This document shows, piece by piece, positions 8,091-17,733 of a stretch of DNA of 38,026 nt; position 1 is the first letter of the stretch; every line of letters starts with the position of its first letter. Origin of the DNA: an uncultured Spartobacteria bacterium (GTDB lineage Bacteria > Verrucomicrobiota > Verrucomicrobiia > Chthoniobacterales > UBA6821); the NCBI GenBank assembly GCA_903913785.1, contig CAIWMF010000021.1:1-38026 (forward strand). Direction: 5' to 3'. A program made the translations under genes and the position numbers. The notes beneath the pieces are model-generated. The model did not search any database, was not told the DNA's origin, and saw only the letters and a program-made list of their open reading frames with translations.

Positions 8091-9041
8091 TTATGGGGCT
8101 TTTTCGTTAGGTGTATTATAGGCCTGCGCTCTTTGCTCGATCAGCGCTGCTATTTCTTGATTGGTCGATAGGTTTGTAGCCTCAATTAAAGGGCTTTTAT
8201 CATCCGGTCTTGCCGCCTCTGCTTCACCTACCGCCTCTGCTTCAACAACGCTGAGGCCATGGGGATTTTTATCGGATTTTGCTTGTTGTGCACTGATCTT
8301 TGAATCAGCTGGAGTCCCATAGGCTACGGGAATTGCATGAGGTATCGCAATGGGACCTCTAGCATCAGGTGGGGGATGAATACCAGCTAAAGCGGCTTCT
8401 GCAGCAGAAACGGGATATGCTCCCTTAGGAGTTGCTAAGGACTGGAGGCGCTGGGCATCGCTAAAAGCACGAGAAGCAGTTGTGAGTGTATTATAGTCGT
8501 TGGAGGCTTGATGGAGTGCAGTTCCAAAATCATCCCATGTGTTGAAGCGGCTGTTCACGTCACTGTTTAAAATATTCCAGGCATGACTGAAGGATTGCAC
8601 CGCTTTGATGAAAGCTGTTTTGTATGGCTCATATTCTGGAAGTGTGCGATTGATATGAGGGCTATCAAGTGCACGTGCACTCTCCATGAGTGAGTTATTC
8701 AAGGTGGAGAGTGCATTACGTTGTTCTGCGAGATCATCGGGAAGTAATACCGAAGTGCTATGAATAGATGCACTGGAAAGAGATCCTATCGCTGCATCGA
8801 ATGTGCGCACCGGATTGGCTATTAATTCCATGAAGTAATCTAGGTTCGATGTCCTTTCCTGATGAGGAATAGGAGGGGGAAGATAACTAGCAAGAGATTC
8901 ATGGGGGCTAACAGGTTGAATGGGTACTCCTGCCAAGTTTCCTTGCACCGGTTCTTGCGTATTCGTCGGTTCACTCAGAGTAGGTGTTAGATCGAAGAAT
9001 ATTGGATGGCTATCTCTGAGAGAAAGAGTAGGTGTGGTCAT
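8091..9041 (-). CDS. Hypothetical protein (Pro/Ser/Thr-rich N-terminus, helical core, Ala/Pro-rich tail)
   Basis: The ORF track gives 8091..9071; the ATG at 9041 (MTTPTLSL) avoids overlap with the gpmA ORF. No recognised domain. Confidence 0.7.
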   Translation of the reverse strand: MTTPTLSLRDSHPIFFDLTPTLSEPTNTQEPVQGNLAGVPIQPVSPHESLASYLPPPIPHQERTSNLDYFMELIANPVRTFDAAIGSLSSASIHSTSVLLPDDLAEQRNALSTLNNSLMESARALDSPHINRTLPEYEPYKTAFIKAVQSFSHAWNILNSDVNSRFNTWDDFGTALHQASNDYNTLTTASRAFSDAQRLQSLATPKGAYPVSAAEAALAGIHPPPDARGPIAIPHAIPVAYGTPADSKISAQQAKSDKNPHGLSVVEAEAVGEAEAARPDDKSPLIEATNLSTNQEIAALIEQRAQAYNTPNEKAP

Positions 9042-9109
9042 GATTTTAAAAAATGATTTTCCGCAAATCATTCATTGAATTTTTTAACAAGACAACTATT
9101 TCTTATGGA

Positions 9110-9856
9110 ATGCAAAAAATTGTTTTCATTCGTCACGGGGAGAGTCTTTGGAATGTGGAGAATCGTTTTACGGGTTGGACTGATGTCGATCTCTCGGAAA
9201 AAGGTGTTGCCGAGGCTAAGGCGGCAGGGGCGCTTCTACGCAGGGAAGGATTTACTTTTGATCTGGCTTTTGTTTCGGTGCTCAAACGAGCACTTAAGAC
9301 AACGTGGATGATTTTAGAGGAGCTTGATGAGCTCTGGATTCCCATTGAACGTTCTTGGAGATTAAATGAGCGTCATTATGGTGCTCTCCAAGGACTCAAT
9401 AAAGCTGAGACCGCCCAACAATACGGTGATGCGCAAGTGCTAATATGGCGTCGGAGTTACGATGTCGCTCCATTGCCACTAGAGGCAAGTGATCAGCGCT
9501 CCCCACTGGATGACCCTCGTTATGCGATGCTTTCCAAAAAAGAACTCCCTTTAACCGAGTCCTTAAAGGATACGGTCGATCGTGTTGTTCCTTATTGGGA
9601 AGAGGCGATTGTGCCCGCCTTGCGTGAGGGTAAAAAAATTATTGTGGTCGCTCATGGTAATACGATTCGTGCGTTGATCAAACATCTCGATCACCTCTCT
9701 GCCGAGGAAATCATCCCGATTAATATCCCAACGGCTGTCCCGCTTGTCTACGAGCTTGATTCTGCACTCCTCCCTCTGCGTCACTATTATTTAGGTGATC
9801 AAGAAAAAATCTCAGCAGCCATGGATGCTGTCGCTGCGCAAGGCTTGCAACGATAA
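9110..9856 (+). CDS. gpmA: 2,3-bisphosphoglycerate-dependent phosphoglycerate mutase
   Basis: [49 protein letters not shown]. Confidence 0.97.
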   Translation: MQKIVFIRHGESLWNVENRFTGWTDVDLSEKGVAEAKAAGALLRREGFTFDLAFVSVLKRALKTTWMILEELDELWIPIERSWRLNERHYGALQGLNKAETAQQYGDAQVLIWRRSYDVAPLPLEASDQRSPLDDPRYAMLSKKELPLTESLKDTVDRVVPYWEEAIVPALREGKKIIVVAHGNTIRALIKHLDHLSAEEIIPINIPTAVPLVYELDSALLPLRHYYLGDQEKISAAMDAVAAQGLQR

Positions 9857-9920
9857 AGTGGCTGTTGGCGTGAAGACAGAGCTTTTGCTCTCAAGGAGTT
9901 TTTTTCTTTCAAAAACTTAT

Positions 9921-10763
9921 TCATCCGAAAAAAGAGATAACTGCTCCTAAGACAAGCGCTCCGTCAGTTGCGAGAGAGGCGACTTCCTTGCCATAATATT
10001 TTGCGATTTCTGGCACAAGGGATAATCCCATCACGCTCCATAAAAAGGGATCAATAATGACATAATGGCCTAAAAATTTATTGAGCAAGAGAAGTGCGAG
10101 TCCGCTGGGCAATGTCCATAAGGCAGAGGGCATGAGCCCCATTAATAATGCTTTTCCTGCTACACCTCGCTCTAATCTAGCAATGAGGGTGGCATTAAGG
10201 AGGCAGAGTAGAAAAAAAAGCATCATAGACCAGAAAATAAGGAGATGATGATGACTCTCCTTGATCTGGCATAAGGGGACTAGGCCGCAGCCGATAGAAA
10301 AAATAAGGGAGATCACTATTTCTTTTCCGAAAGGCCAGATTGCATGTCTGAGGAAATAGGTGTTTAAAAAAAGATAGATGCCGGTCACAAGAGCAACCAA
10401 AAGACCTCCCATCAAAAGAGAGCGGCCAATATGTCTTGCGAGTGAAGTATCGATCATGATTGCAAGGAGACTTGCACTTAAAAAAAAGATGCTGTGTTTA
10501 CGAACAAAATCATGACGCGGCGCTTGCCCGGACATGTGATAAGACTTCTTGGATAACGCTACTTCTGCTGCAGATGTCTCTGGGGATCGATAGGCGACTC
10601 GTCCATCAAGCAAGTGATCGACACTGTAAATAATCCAAAGAGAAATGCCTAAAAGAGCACGTTCTTCTATGGTGAGCTTGATTCCTGGGACACGTGCTAA
10701 GACTTCTTGCCAGGTGAGTGCGACAAGAACGGCATCAAGTGAAAGGAGACTTAGCCATCGCAT
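9921..10763 (-). CDS. Integral membrane protein, possibly UbiA-like
   Basis: About 8 hydrophobic helices; LSLDAVLVA and WIIYSVDHLLD motifs. Confidence 0.6.
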   Translation of the reverse strand: MRWLSLLSLDAVLVALTWQEVLARVPGIKLTIEERALLGISLWIIYSVDHLLDGRVAYRSPETSAAEVALSKKSYHMSGQAPRHDFVRKHSIFFLSASLLAIMIDTSLARHIGRSLLMGGLLVALVTGIYLFLNTYFLRHAIWPFGKEIVISLIFSIGCGLVPLCQIKESHHHLLIFWSMMLFFLLCLLNATLIARLERGVAGKALLMGLMPSALWTLPSGLALLLLNKFLGHYVIIDPFLWSVMGLSLVPEIAKYYGKEVASLATDGALVLGAVISFFG

Positions 10764-10776
10764 GAACGAGATGGCA

Positions 10777-11718
10777 TTAAGAGGCGCTCAGGCGTTCTAC
10801 GCCAGCTTGAAGAGATTCGAGATCACTAATGCTAATGACTTCAACGTCTTTACGAATACGATTGACGAGTCCAGCAATGACTTTTCCAGGTCCACATTCG
10901 ATAAAACGGGTGCAGTGACATTCATCAAGAAGGTATTCAATAGATTCTCTCCAACGCACCGATCCTGTGACCTGATCGGCGAGTGTTGTACGAATTAGAT
11001 CTGGTGAGATTGCAGGCTTGGCTTGAACATTTGAAATAACGGGAATGCGTGGTGTTGCTATCGCTGTTGTTGCTAAAACAATTTCTAATTTCTCGCGTGC
11101 AGGGTTCATGAGGCGTGAATGAAAAGCTCCTGAAACAGTCAGTTCAATGGCTTTGCGAATGCCATGTTCTTTGGCAAGTATGGTGGCATTAAGGATATTT
11201 TTCTTGGCACCAGAAATGACGATTTGACCAGGAGCATTCAAGTTTGCAACGTCGACATCGGCAACATGAGCCAGTCGACGCACGACTTCTTCTTCTGCAC
11301 CAATGATGGCAGCCATGCTTCCTTCTGTTTCTTCGCAGGCTTCTTGCATGAATTGAGCGCGCTGTTCGACGAGTTTTAAACCAGTTGCAAAATCAAATGT
11401 TCCTGCTGCTGTGTGAGCGGTGAATTCTCCAAGAGACAGGCCGGCAGCCGCATGAAATTCTAATTGCGGTAAGGCTTCCTGTAAGAGCGCCAAGGTAATG
11501 AGCCCATGTACGTAGAGGGCAGGTTGAGCGATAACGGTCTGGGTGAGTTGCTCAACAGGGCCTTCAAACATGATCTGTGAGAGGGAGGTTTGCAGGATGT
11601 GATCAGCTTGTTTAAAAAGAGCCGCGGCTCTTAGCGAGTGATGAGCAAAGTCCTGGCCCATGCCAACAACTTGTGATCCTTGACCTGAGAAGAGCAGTGC
11701 GGTGCGATGATGTGACAT
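10777..11718 (-). CDS. fabD: Malonyl CoA-ACP transacylase
   Basis: FSGQGSQ, AQPAL, GLSLGE catalytic Ser, VSGAFHS, VRW and ECGPGKV. Confidence 0.96.
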   Translation of the reverse strand: MSHHRTALLFSGQGSQVVGMGQDFAHHSLRAAALFKQADHILQTSLSQIMFEGPVEQLTQTVIAQPALYVHGLITLALLQEALPQLEFHAAAGLSLGEFTAHTAAGTFDFATGLKLVEQRAQFMQEACEETEGSMAAIIGAEEEVVRRLAHVADVDVANLNAPGQIVISGAKKNILNATILAKEHGIRKAIELTVSGAFHSRLMNPAREKLEIVLATTAIATPRIPVISNVQAKPAISPDLIRTTLADQVTGSVRWRESIEYLLDECHCTRFIECGPGKVIAGLVNRIRKDVEVISISDLESLQAGVERLSAS

Positions 11719-11863
11719 GAGCTAAAAAATGGAAGGTGAATGTGAAAGGAATTTGATATGCAAAAAAGTAGTCACAACACAAGGAGCAGGCAAGCAAGGA
11801 GAAAAGAAAAAACTGAGTCTATTGTGTCGCTTGTTCTCACTTCCACGTAGACTGATTTTCCTT

Positions 11864-11929
11864 GAGCCCGGATATTTCATACTGGTGCGTCGTGAGGCGC
11901 AGCAGATTCAGTATGAAATATGCGGGTTA
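11864..11929. mobile_element. Short (66-bp) internally deleted palindromic element; supplies the stop codon of the upstream methyltransferase
   Basis: GAGCCCGGATATTTCATACTG...CAGTATGAAATATGCGGGTTA. On the minus strand it encodes ...LNPHISY*. Confidence 0.9.
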
Positions 11930-13026
11930 AGTTGCCTAATGCCTGGGCGCTCATAGCGAAAGCAACCGAGTGGAGGTCTGTTCTCAATGGCTTTTCCTAG
12001 TCCTAGAAAATGGAATTGCCGTCCCATGGTTTCTGGATGAAGAAGGGTTTTTAACTGGCGCAAATAAGCTTGTGTAGAGGCATTCTGAAGATGGCCATCG
12101 AGTCTGTGCAGCCATTGTTCTAGGGCGCCTATCATAAAATGATGTTGGTCACTAAAGCCAAGGAGCTCGAAGTCTTGCTCGCGTGCGGTGTTGGCTAGTG
12201 CGGTAAAATCGACATGAGCCGAGATGTCACGGCTGCCTGGTTTTTCTAGAGGGTCGTTGTAGCGTCGATGATTGTGGTAGCAGGCAATACTTCCCTCAGC
12301 TCGGTAGGGAGCAAAACGATGCTCGCCAAAGTAACCATAATCCGCAATAAGGATCATCCCGCGTTCCATACGCTGGGCAATTGCATCGAGCCAGGGAGCA
12401 ATGTTGAGGCGTGCTTCCCATAGAAATCCTGGACTCAGATCGGTGGGCAAGGTGGCTGCTACTGCGTGAAGTTTTTTTTTCTTGATAGGGGTGTTAACCC
12501 AGGAAAAGCATTGCTTCTCTTGCCTTACGCGTTTTTCTAGCCACTCTTTTCCGCTCCAGGTGAGGATATGTACGGGAAAGGCATCAAGCAGTTCATTGGA
12601 AAAATGGACGCCAATGAAGCGAGGGAGTTGCGCAAGTTCTCGTGCCCAGGAAATATTCTTAAATGCTTTGAGTCGCTCTTTTTGGCGCTGCTCATGGAAT
12701 AAAAAAGGTTCTACAATCACGTATTGTGTGCAGGCAAAGAGTTCTTCGTATTCTTCTGCTTGTAAGGCTTCTAAAATATCGAGCGCAAGTCTTCCATCGT
12801 GTGCTCCTTGCTCAATGATGGAAAAGGGTTTGGGCTTGCCGAGCTTTTCCCAAAGGTCTTGGAAGAGAAGTGCTAGGGTTTTTCCATAAATAGGACCAAC
12901 ACTCACATTGGTATAAAAATCACCTTCTTTGCCAATGCGAACACGACCCGACGCGTAGTAGCCATGCTTGGGATCGTAGAGAGCCCGCTGCATGAAGGTT
13001 GCAAAGCAGAGAGAGGGATCAGGCAT
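11908..13026 (-). CDS. SAM-dependent methyltransferase, MidA/NDUFAF7 family
   Basis: FMQRALYDPKHGYY, GDFYT, EQGAHDG, SNELLDAFPV, DYG and DISAHVDF. Confidence 0.92.
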   Translation of the reverse strand: MPDPSLCFATFMQRALYDPKHGYYASGRVRIGKEGDFYTNVSVGPIYGKTLALLFQDLWEKLGKPKPFSIIEQGAHDGRLALDILEALQAEEYEELFACTQYVIVEPFLFHEQRQKERLKAFKNISWARELAQLPRFIGVHFSNELLDAFPVHILTWSGKEWLEKRVRQEKQCFSWVNTPIKKKKLHAVAATLPTDLSPGFLWEARLNIAPWLDAIAQRMERGMILIADYGYFGEHRFAPYRAEGSIACYHNHRRYNDPLEKPGSRDISAHVDFTALANTAREQDFELLGFSDQHHFMIGALEQWLHRLDGHLQNASTQAYLRQLKTLLHPETMGRQFHFLGLGKAIENRPPLGCFRYERPGIRQLNPHISY

Positions 13027-14863
13027 TAAGATGACTCCCTTTTTTTTCTTTCCAATAAAACATCATCGCAATGCCAATACAGATTGCTAGTGATCCGATC
13101 CATTTGAGTAACCATCCTGGATCATAGAGGACCTGGAGGGTTGTTTCCTCAAGGTTCTGTGGGTTCCACTCTGCTTGTGAAAATTTATAATTGATCCCTG
13201 TTACGTTCGCTATGAATCCTCCAGGAAAACTTGCTGGATGATTCATTCTAATAGCGTCATGACGTGTTGTGTCAGTTTTGCCGCGTGTGCGATCATGAAA
13301 ACATACGGTTGCTCGAAAATCTCCTGGAGTCTCGGTTCCTTCGTCACGAGGAATTTGAAAATCAACGAGCTCTATGGAAAAGGGAATGGGACGTAGTTCT
13401 AATCCATAACCGATGCGAATAGGAATGTCCTTTAGGATAAGCGGGGTGATTTGTCCTGAGGAGACCCATGTTGCCTCACTCTTGAGGCCATCAGGATCTT
13501 CAAGAAAAGCATGAAAGCCAGGAGTGCCGGTGAGGTTGTTTTTTTTGGAAGAAGGTGGTGTTGGTCGGGTGCGCGAAACGATATGTTCATGATGACCGCT
13601 TTGTAGAAGTTCCATTTGCCAGTCTGCCCAGCCAAGGGGCACGACTTCGCCTATTAGTAAGGATCCACTTTGTTTCGTCTTATTGTGACGACCTAATAAA
13701 AACTCAACACGATCGCTGTTCGGTTCGAGAGCCAGTGCTAACCATGGTTTGTGGGTGGCGTAGGGAATTAACCCGGATATTTCACGCCGATCACCTGCGG
13801 AGACCGGGAAGCCTGATGGATCTTGCGTTAGACTCACATTGTGACTTGGGCGGTATGTACTCATACAGCCCGGCGTCAACATGCTCGTCTGCCTGCCCCC
13901 ATCCGCCTTCGCGGCCTCCTCGTCACGATCGGTATGAAATATGCGGGTTAAAGGAATCTTTTTGGTGCCTGTAGGAGACAATGCTGATAGCTTGGATTCT
14001 TCTTCAGGAGCGGTAGGAGGAGGAGTGAGCGGAGCGGGAGAAGTCGCTTCCTTGGCTGGAGGTTGGAGTGGTTTGTCTGAACGCATCAAGGTGATTGTTG
14101 CAAGACCAAAAAAATCAAAAACGTCTTCGTTTTTCTCCTCTAAGCTCAAAGCTACCAGATGCTCTTGATGGAGTGCTTGACTGCTTAAGCGTAGGAGCAC
14201 TGCCTCACTCTCATCCTTATTTGCTTGTCTCACCAGTGTAGGCACGTCCTCGAGGAATTCGCTCCAATCATCAATGACGAGATGGAGTTTTGTTTCTGGA
14301 ATCCTAAGGCGTGTGGGATGGTTTTTCGAAGGCCGAGCAAGCGTTGCATCAAAGGGAAGGAGATAGAGATGGTAATTAAGCGGGGTTTCCATTTCTAAAA
14401 CACTCTGATTGGTGGTGATGTTTTTCACTGCTGCTCCATGGACTTGTAGCGTCACATTTCCCTCAAATCCTAGCTTGGATCCAATGGCTGCGCCCATGAG
14501 TAAGGTGATAATTCCATAATGAGTGATGACAAAACCAAGATGCTTTCTTTCCCAGGGCCACCTGGTCAAGGTTACCGCAAAGAGATTGAGGCAAAGAAGT
14601 CCCAACCATGCTAGGAACCATGGTGCTTTGTAGATCATGGCATGCGCTACTTTGGTATCAAAATGTGATTCAGTAAACGTCGCCACGCCACAAGCAATGG
14701 CAATAGTGGCAAGGAGGATGAGCGCAAGTTGTAATGAGCCTAGCAGGTGAATGAGCTGCCAGAGGGTCGAATTTTTCTGACGCTCTTTGATCATCATGCG
14801 TCGGGCTTGGGCCTTGTTTTTTAGGGGGTAGATGTTTTCCTGTTGCGGGCTCTCTAGATGCAT
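13019..14863 (-). CDS. ResB/Ccs1-like cytochrome c biogenesis protein carrying a 60-aa in-frame element insertion
   Basis: LGSLQLA..LL, IYKAPWF, GFVITHYG, IRMNHP and C-terminal YDPGWLLKWIGS. The start is uncertain (ORF open from 14914). Confidence 0.85.
   Translation of the reverse strand: MHLESPQQENIYPLKNKAQARRMMIKERQKNSTLWQLIHLLGSLQLALILLATIAIACGVATFTESHFDTKVAHAMIYKAPWFLAWLGLLCLNLFAVTLTRWPWERKHLGFVITHYGIITLLMGAAIGSKLGFEGNVTLQVHGAAVKNITTNQSVLEMETPLNYHLYLLPFDATLARPSKNHPTRLRIPETKLHLVIDDWSEFLEDVPTLVRQANKDESEAVLLRLSSQALHQEHLVALSLEEKNEDVFDFFGLATITLMRSDKPLQPPAKEATSPAPLTPPPTAPEEESKLSALSPTGTKKIPLTRIFHTDRDEEAAKADGGRQTSMLTPGCMSTYRPSHNVSLTQDPSGFPVSAGDRREISGLIPYATHKPWLALALEPNSDRVEFLLGRHNKTKQSGSLLIGEVVPLGWADWQMELLQSGHHEHIVSRTRPTPPSSKKNNLTGTPGFHAFLEDPDGLKSEATWVSSGQITPLILKDIPIRIGYGLELRPIPFSIELVDFQIPRDEGTETPGDFRATVCFHDRTRGKTDTTRHDAIRMNHPASFPGGFIANVTGINYKFSQAEWNPQNLEETTLQVLYDPGWLLKWIGSLAICIGIAMMFYWKEKKGSHLNA
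13769..13950. mobile_element. Full-length palindromic element (182 bp, net 180) in frame within the ResB-like gene
   Basis: TAACCCGGATATTTCACGCCGAT...ATCGGTATGAAATATGCGGGTTA; encodes LTRIFHTDRDEEAAK...DRREISGL. Confidence 0.95.
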
Positions 14864-14942
14864 GGGATAGAGAATATAGCCTGTAGAAATGAAAATCGCT
14901 ATTCTCAACTGCAAAATTTATACTCGTTCATTTTTAACAAGC

Positions 14943-16502
14943 ATGCAATCATCGCGCACCATGGTCACCCCTTCGTTCCTCGTTCTACGAGTTCTTGTGG
15001 TTCTTTTTTTTATCATCTTCTCTCCTGCTTCTGGCGTTGAGGTTGTTGATGCGACTGGCAAAAATCTCTTTTCACCCACTTCGACAAAAGATCAGAATCA
15101 TGCCTCGAGTGTGGGAACGTTAAATTGCTCATTTCTCCCCAATAAAAAGTACCATCTAGGCAGTCTCATTGACTTAGCGCTCAATAATAATCCGATGACC
15201 CGTGGGGCATGGAGTGCGGCCAAGGCGGCATCTGCATCGGTTGGAGAGGCGCGTTCACTTTATTATCCATGGGTTAGTTCTGATTTTAGAGGGGGGTATG
15301 ATAAAACATTTACCCCTATTGCCTCGGGTCCGAATGCTGCGAGTCGTAATCAAGCGACCGTTTTTTTAAGTCTCGAATATATTCTCTTGGATTTTGGGAG
15401 GAGGGATGCTGATGTCCAGCGTACTATTGCCACCTTTCATGGGCTGGGACTCACCTATCAACGCAAATTACAAGAAGTTATTTTTACCGTCGAGAAAACC
15501 TACTTTGCCTATGAGGCAGCACTCTGGAAGCAAAAGGCCGCTGAGGCTAATCTCCTTTTTACCCAAACACTCAATGACATGGTTGTTCGTGAGCGTGTGA
15601 CTGGTCTTGCCGCAGACCCCGATGAATTAATAACCCGCAAACGCGTTCTTGAAGCCCAGTACGAGGTTGAAGCTGCCGTTGCTGTTGTGCGTAATACCTT
15701 GGGAGAAATCTGTATTGCTGTTGGGATTCCTGCTAATAGTCCACTGCAGTTTGTCGAAACACAAAAACCTCCCTCCACCAAAAAGCTCCTAGGTGATGTC
15801 ACTCTTCTCATTGAAAAAGCAATTGCCTTACGTCCTGATCTTGCAGCACGTGTTGCCGAGCTGCAGGCTAGCAAAGAGGCTACAAAAAGAGCGATGTCTG
15901 ATTTTTTCCCCACCATCAAGTTGGAAGGGCAATATGCAAATACCACCTTTGGATATCAGGGAAATCAGCGAAATCCTAGTGTGAGCGGTTATTATAATGG
16001 TTTTGGTGCCCCTTATGGGAGTGCATTTGTGACCGCGCACTGGGATCTCTTTGATGGATTTGATCGGGTCTTTCGTCTCAAGCGTCGTCAAGAAGAAGAT
16101 AAAGTCGCAGAAGAAAATGTAAGACAAACTCAACTCAACACCACACGTGATGTCTGGACCGCCTACAACAACATCCTGGCTGCTGCAAACCGGGTCGAGT
16201 ACGCAGAAGGGTTTGTTGCCTCCTCGAGAGAATATTTTAGCTCCATTAGTGCTGCTCAAGAAAGCGGACTGGCCAATGTGACCGATTACTCGCAAGCGGG
16301 AAGTAATTTGAGTTTAGCTCAGTTTGAACTTGCAAGCGCTGTTTCGGATTACTCAATAGCTTTAGCAGCTCTTGCCCTCGCTGTAGGATCGACCACTCCT
16401 TCCTCTCGCGTCGTGCATGAGGATTTAGGAGCTCCCGGAAAAATATCTAGTCACTTGCTTTCCAAAGAGGCAGCAGGCTTTCAGCCAGATATTTCTTACT
16501 AG
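14943..16502 (+). CDS. TolC-family outer membrane efflux protein
   Basis: Signal-peptide-like N-terminus; LIDLALNNNP, YILLDFG, RPDLAA, FFPTIKL and WDLFDGF repeats. The start is uncertain (14889, 14943 or 14961). Confidence 0.9.
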   Translation: MQSSRTMVTPSFLVLRVLVVLFFIIFSPASGVEVVDATGKNLFSPTSTKDQNHASSVGTLNCSFLPNKKYHLGSLIDLALNNNPMTRGAWSAAKAASASVGEARSLYYPWVSSDFRGGYDKTFTPIASGPNAASRNQATVFLSLEYILLDFGRRDADVQRTIATFHGLGLTYQRKLQEVIFTVEKTYFAYEAALWKQKAAEANLLFTQTLNDMVVRERVTGLAADPDELITRKRVLEAQYEVEAAVAVVRNTLGEICIAVGIPANSPLQFVETQKPPSTKKLLGDVTLLIEKAIALRPDLAARVAELQASKEATKRAMSDFFPTIKLEGQYANTTFGYQGNQRNPSVSGYYNGFGAPYGSAFVTAHWDLFDGFDRVFRLKRRQEEDKVAEENVRQTQLNTTRDVWTAYNNILAAANRVEYAEGFVASSREYFSSISAAQESGLANVTDYSQAGSNLSLAQFELASAVSDYSIALAALALAVGSTTPSSRVVHEDLGAPGKISSHLLSKEAAGFQPDISY

Positions 16503-16568
16503 CGGGAAGATTCTATACTCAAGGATCATGAGGCGTATATGTAAGGCTAAATTTTTTTATTTTATCCC

Positions 16569-16597
16569 TTGCCTTTATCGCATCTCTTTGATACTTT
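16569..16597 (+). promoter_or_regulatory. Putative sigma70 promoter of rpmI
   Basis: TTGCCT-17 nt-TACTTT with a TGn extension, 9 nt before the ATG. Confidence 0.4.
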
Positions 16598-16606
16598 CCT
16601 GAACCC

Positions 16607-16816
16607 ATGCCTAAACCCATTGCACGAAGTAAAACTAAAAAGTCTGTTGCTAAGCGATTTAAAATCACGGCAACTGGCAAAGTCAAACGCTCTAAAGCTG
16701 GCCGTCGTCATTTATTGGAGTGTAAGAGTTCTAAGTTGAAACGTAATATGGGCAAGTCTGCAATTGTCGAGGACTGTGATGTGAGTCGTATTAAGCTGAA
16801 TCTCCCATGGGGATAG
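16607..16816 (+). CDS. rpmI: 50S ribosomal protein L35
   Basis: KTKKSVAKRFKITATGKVKRSKAGRRHLL. Confidence 0.97.
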   Translation: MPKPIARSKTKKSVAKRFKITATGKVKRSKAGRRHLLECKSSKLKRNMGKSAIVEDCDVSRIKLNLPWG

Positions 16817-17146
16817 CTCCCGTCTCCCCTCCGGTCCTTCTGGATATCAAGACTTATTGCTGAGAGTTGCAGGGCATCATTGTTGTTAGCTTTCACATTT
16901 CTCAAAAGAAAAACATCCGAATATTTTTCACTGTTTCAACAAAGAAACTATGAAATTTATTCCTAGGACTACGCATCCATGAGATAGCAGTTTGCTAGGA
17001 ACAAAATAATAAAAAGTAGAGAATGATTCATGGATCTGGATATTTATTGTGAATATCCTAACCGGGCAGGTGAGTTCCATGAAGCAATATTAACAAACAG
17101 CCAGCCCGACGAGGCTCCTTGTCTCATCACAAGGAGAAAATAAACA

Positions 17147-17530
17147 ATGCCTAGAGCCACTAATTCACCAGCTAGTCGCGCACGTCGTAAGCGAGTTATC
17201 GACGAAGCCGCTGGTTATCGCGGTCGTCGTTCCAAACTTTTCCGTTATGCCAAGGATGCGCGGATGAAGGCCAAGTATTGGGCCTACCGTGACCGTAAAA
17301 CACGCAAGCGTAATGTTCGTGCCCTTTGGATCACGCGTCTCAACGCTGCCGTGCGTGCTCAATCCCTCAACTACAATCGTTTTATTGAAGGGTTAAAAGC
17401 CGCTAATATCTTACTTGATAGAAAAGTTCTCTCCGATATTGCACTCACTGATGAGAAGACTTTTCTTGAGATTGTTGGCAAGGTAAAAGCTGCACTAGCT
17501 GCCAAAAACAGTCTGGTAACTCCCTGCTAA
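17147..17530 (+). CDS. rplT: 50S ribosomal protein L20
   Basis: MPRATN...GYRGRRSK...AYRDRKTRKR..RALWITRLNAA...LDRKVLSDIA. Confidence 0.98.
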   Translation: MPRATNSPASRARRKRVIDEAAGYRGRRSKLFRYAKDARMKAKYWAYRDRKTRKRNVRALWITRLNAAVRAQSLNYNRFIEGLKAANILLDRKVLSDIALTDEKTFLEIVGKVKAALAAKNSLVTPC

Positions 17531-17733
17531 TAATTGATCGAGAGCTTGTGGTGAAGTCTTTTTCTTCGCTTGTCAACGTGAGAGAAAATGATCTTTCACA
17601 ATTGGATCACCTTTTTGGATGCTTCTAGTGGAGGGATTCGCGATCTCTGCCTGAGCACCGTCGTGTTTTTTTCTCTTGGCTTTATACTTCAAACTACCGA
17701 TCCTCAGGCCCTTCTTGTTTCCTTCTTCTAAGT

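Noticed and set aside
13555-13974. ORFs 13555..13974, 19718..19903, 22353..22544, 25227..25454, 27609..27824, 27916..28191, 36653..36910, 36949..37179, 11729..11956 and 5962..6213 as genes
   Set aside because: They are by-products of the open frames or TIRs of the elements, mostly overlapping real genes.
16482-16502. TIR remnant at the TolC 3' end as a firm feature
   Set aside because: The match needs an indel and several mismatches and has no clear partner end. It is mentioned only as weak support in the stop-codon finding.
17531-17733. pheS attenuator or T-box between rplT and pheS
   Set aside because: There are imperfect hairpins and a T-run, but I found no Phe-rich leader peptide or T-box UGGNACC motif. 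At most a weak terminator.
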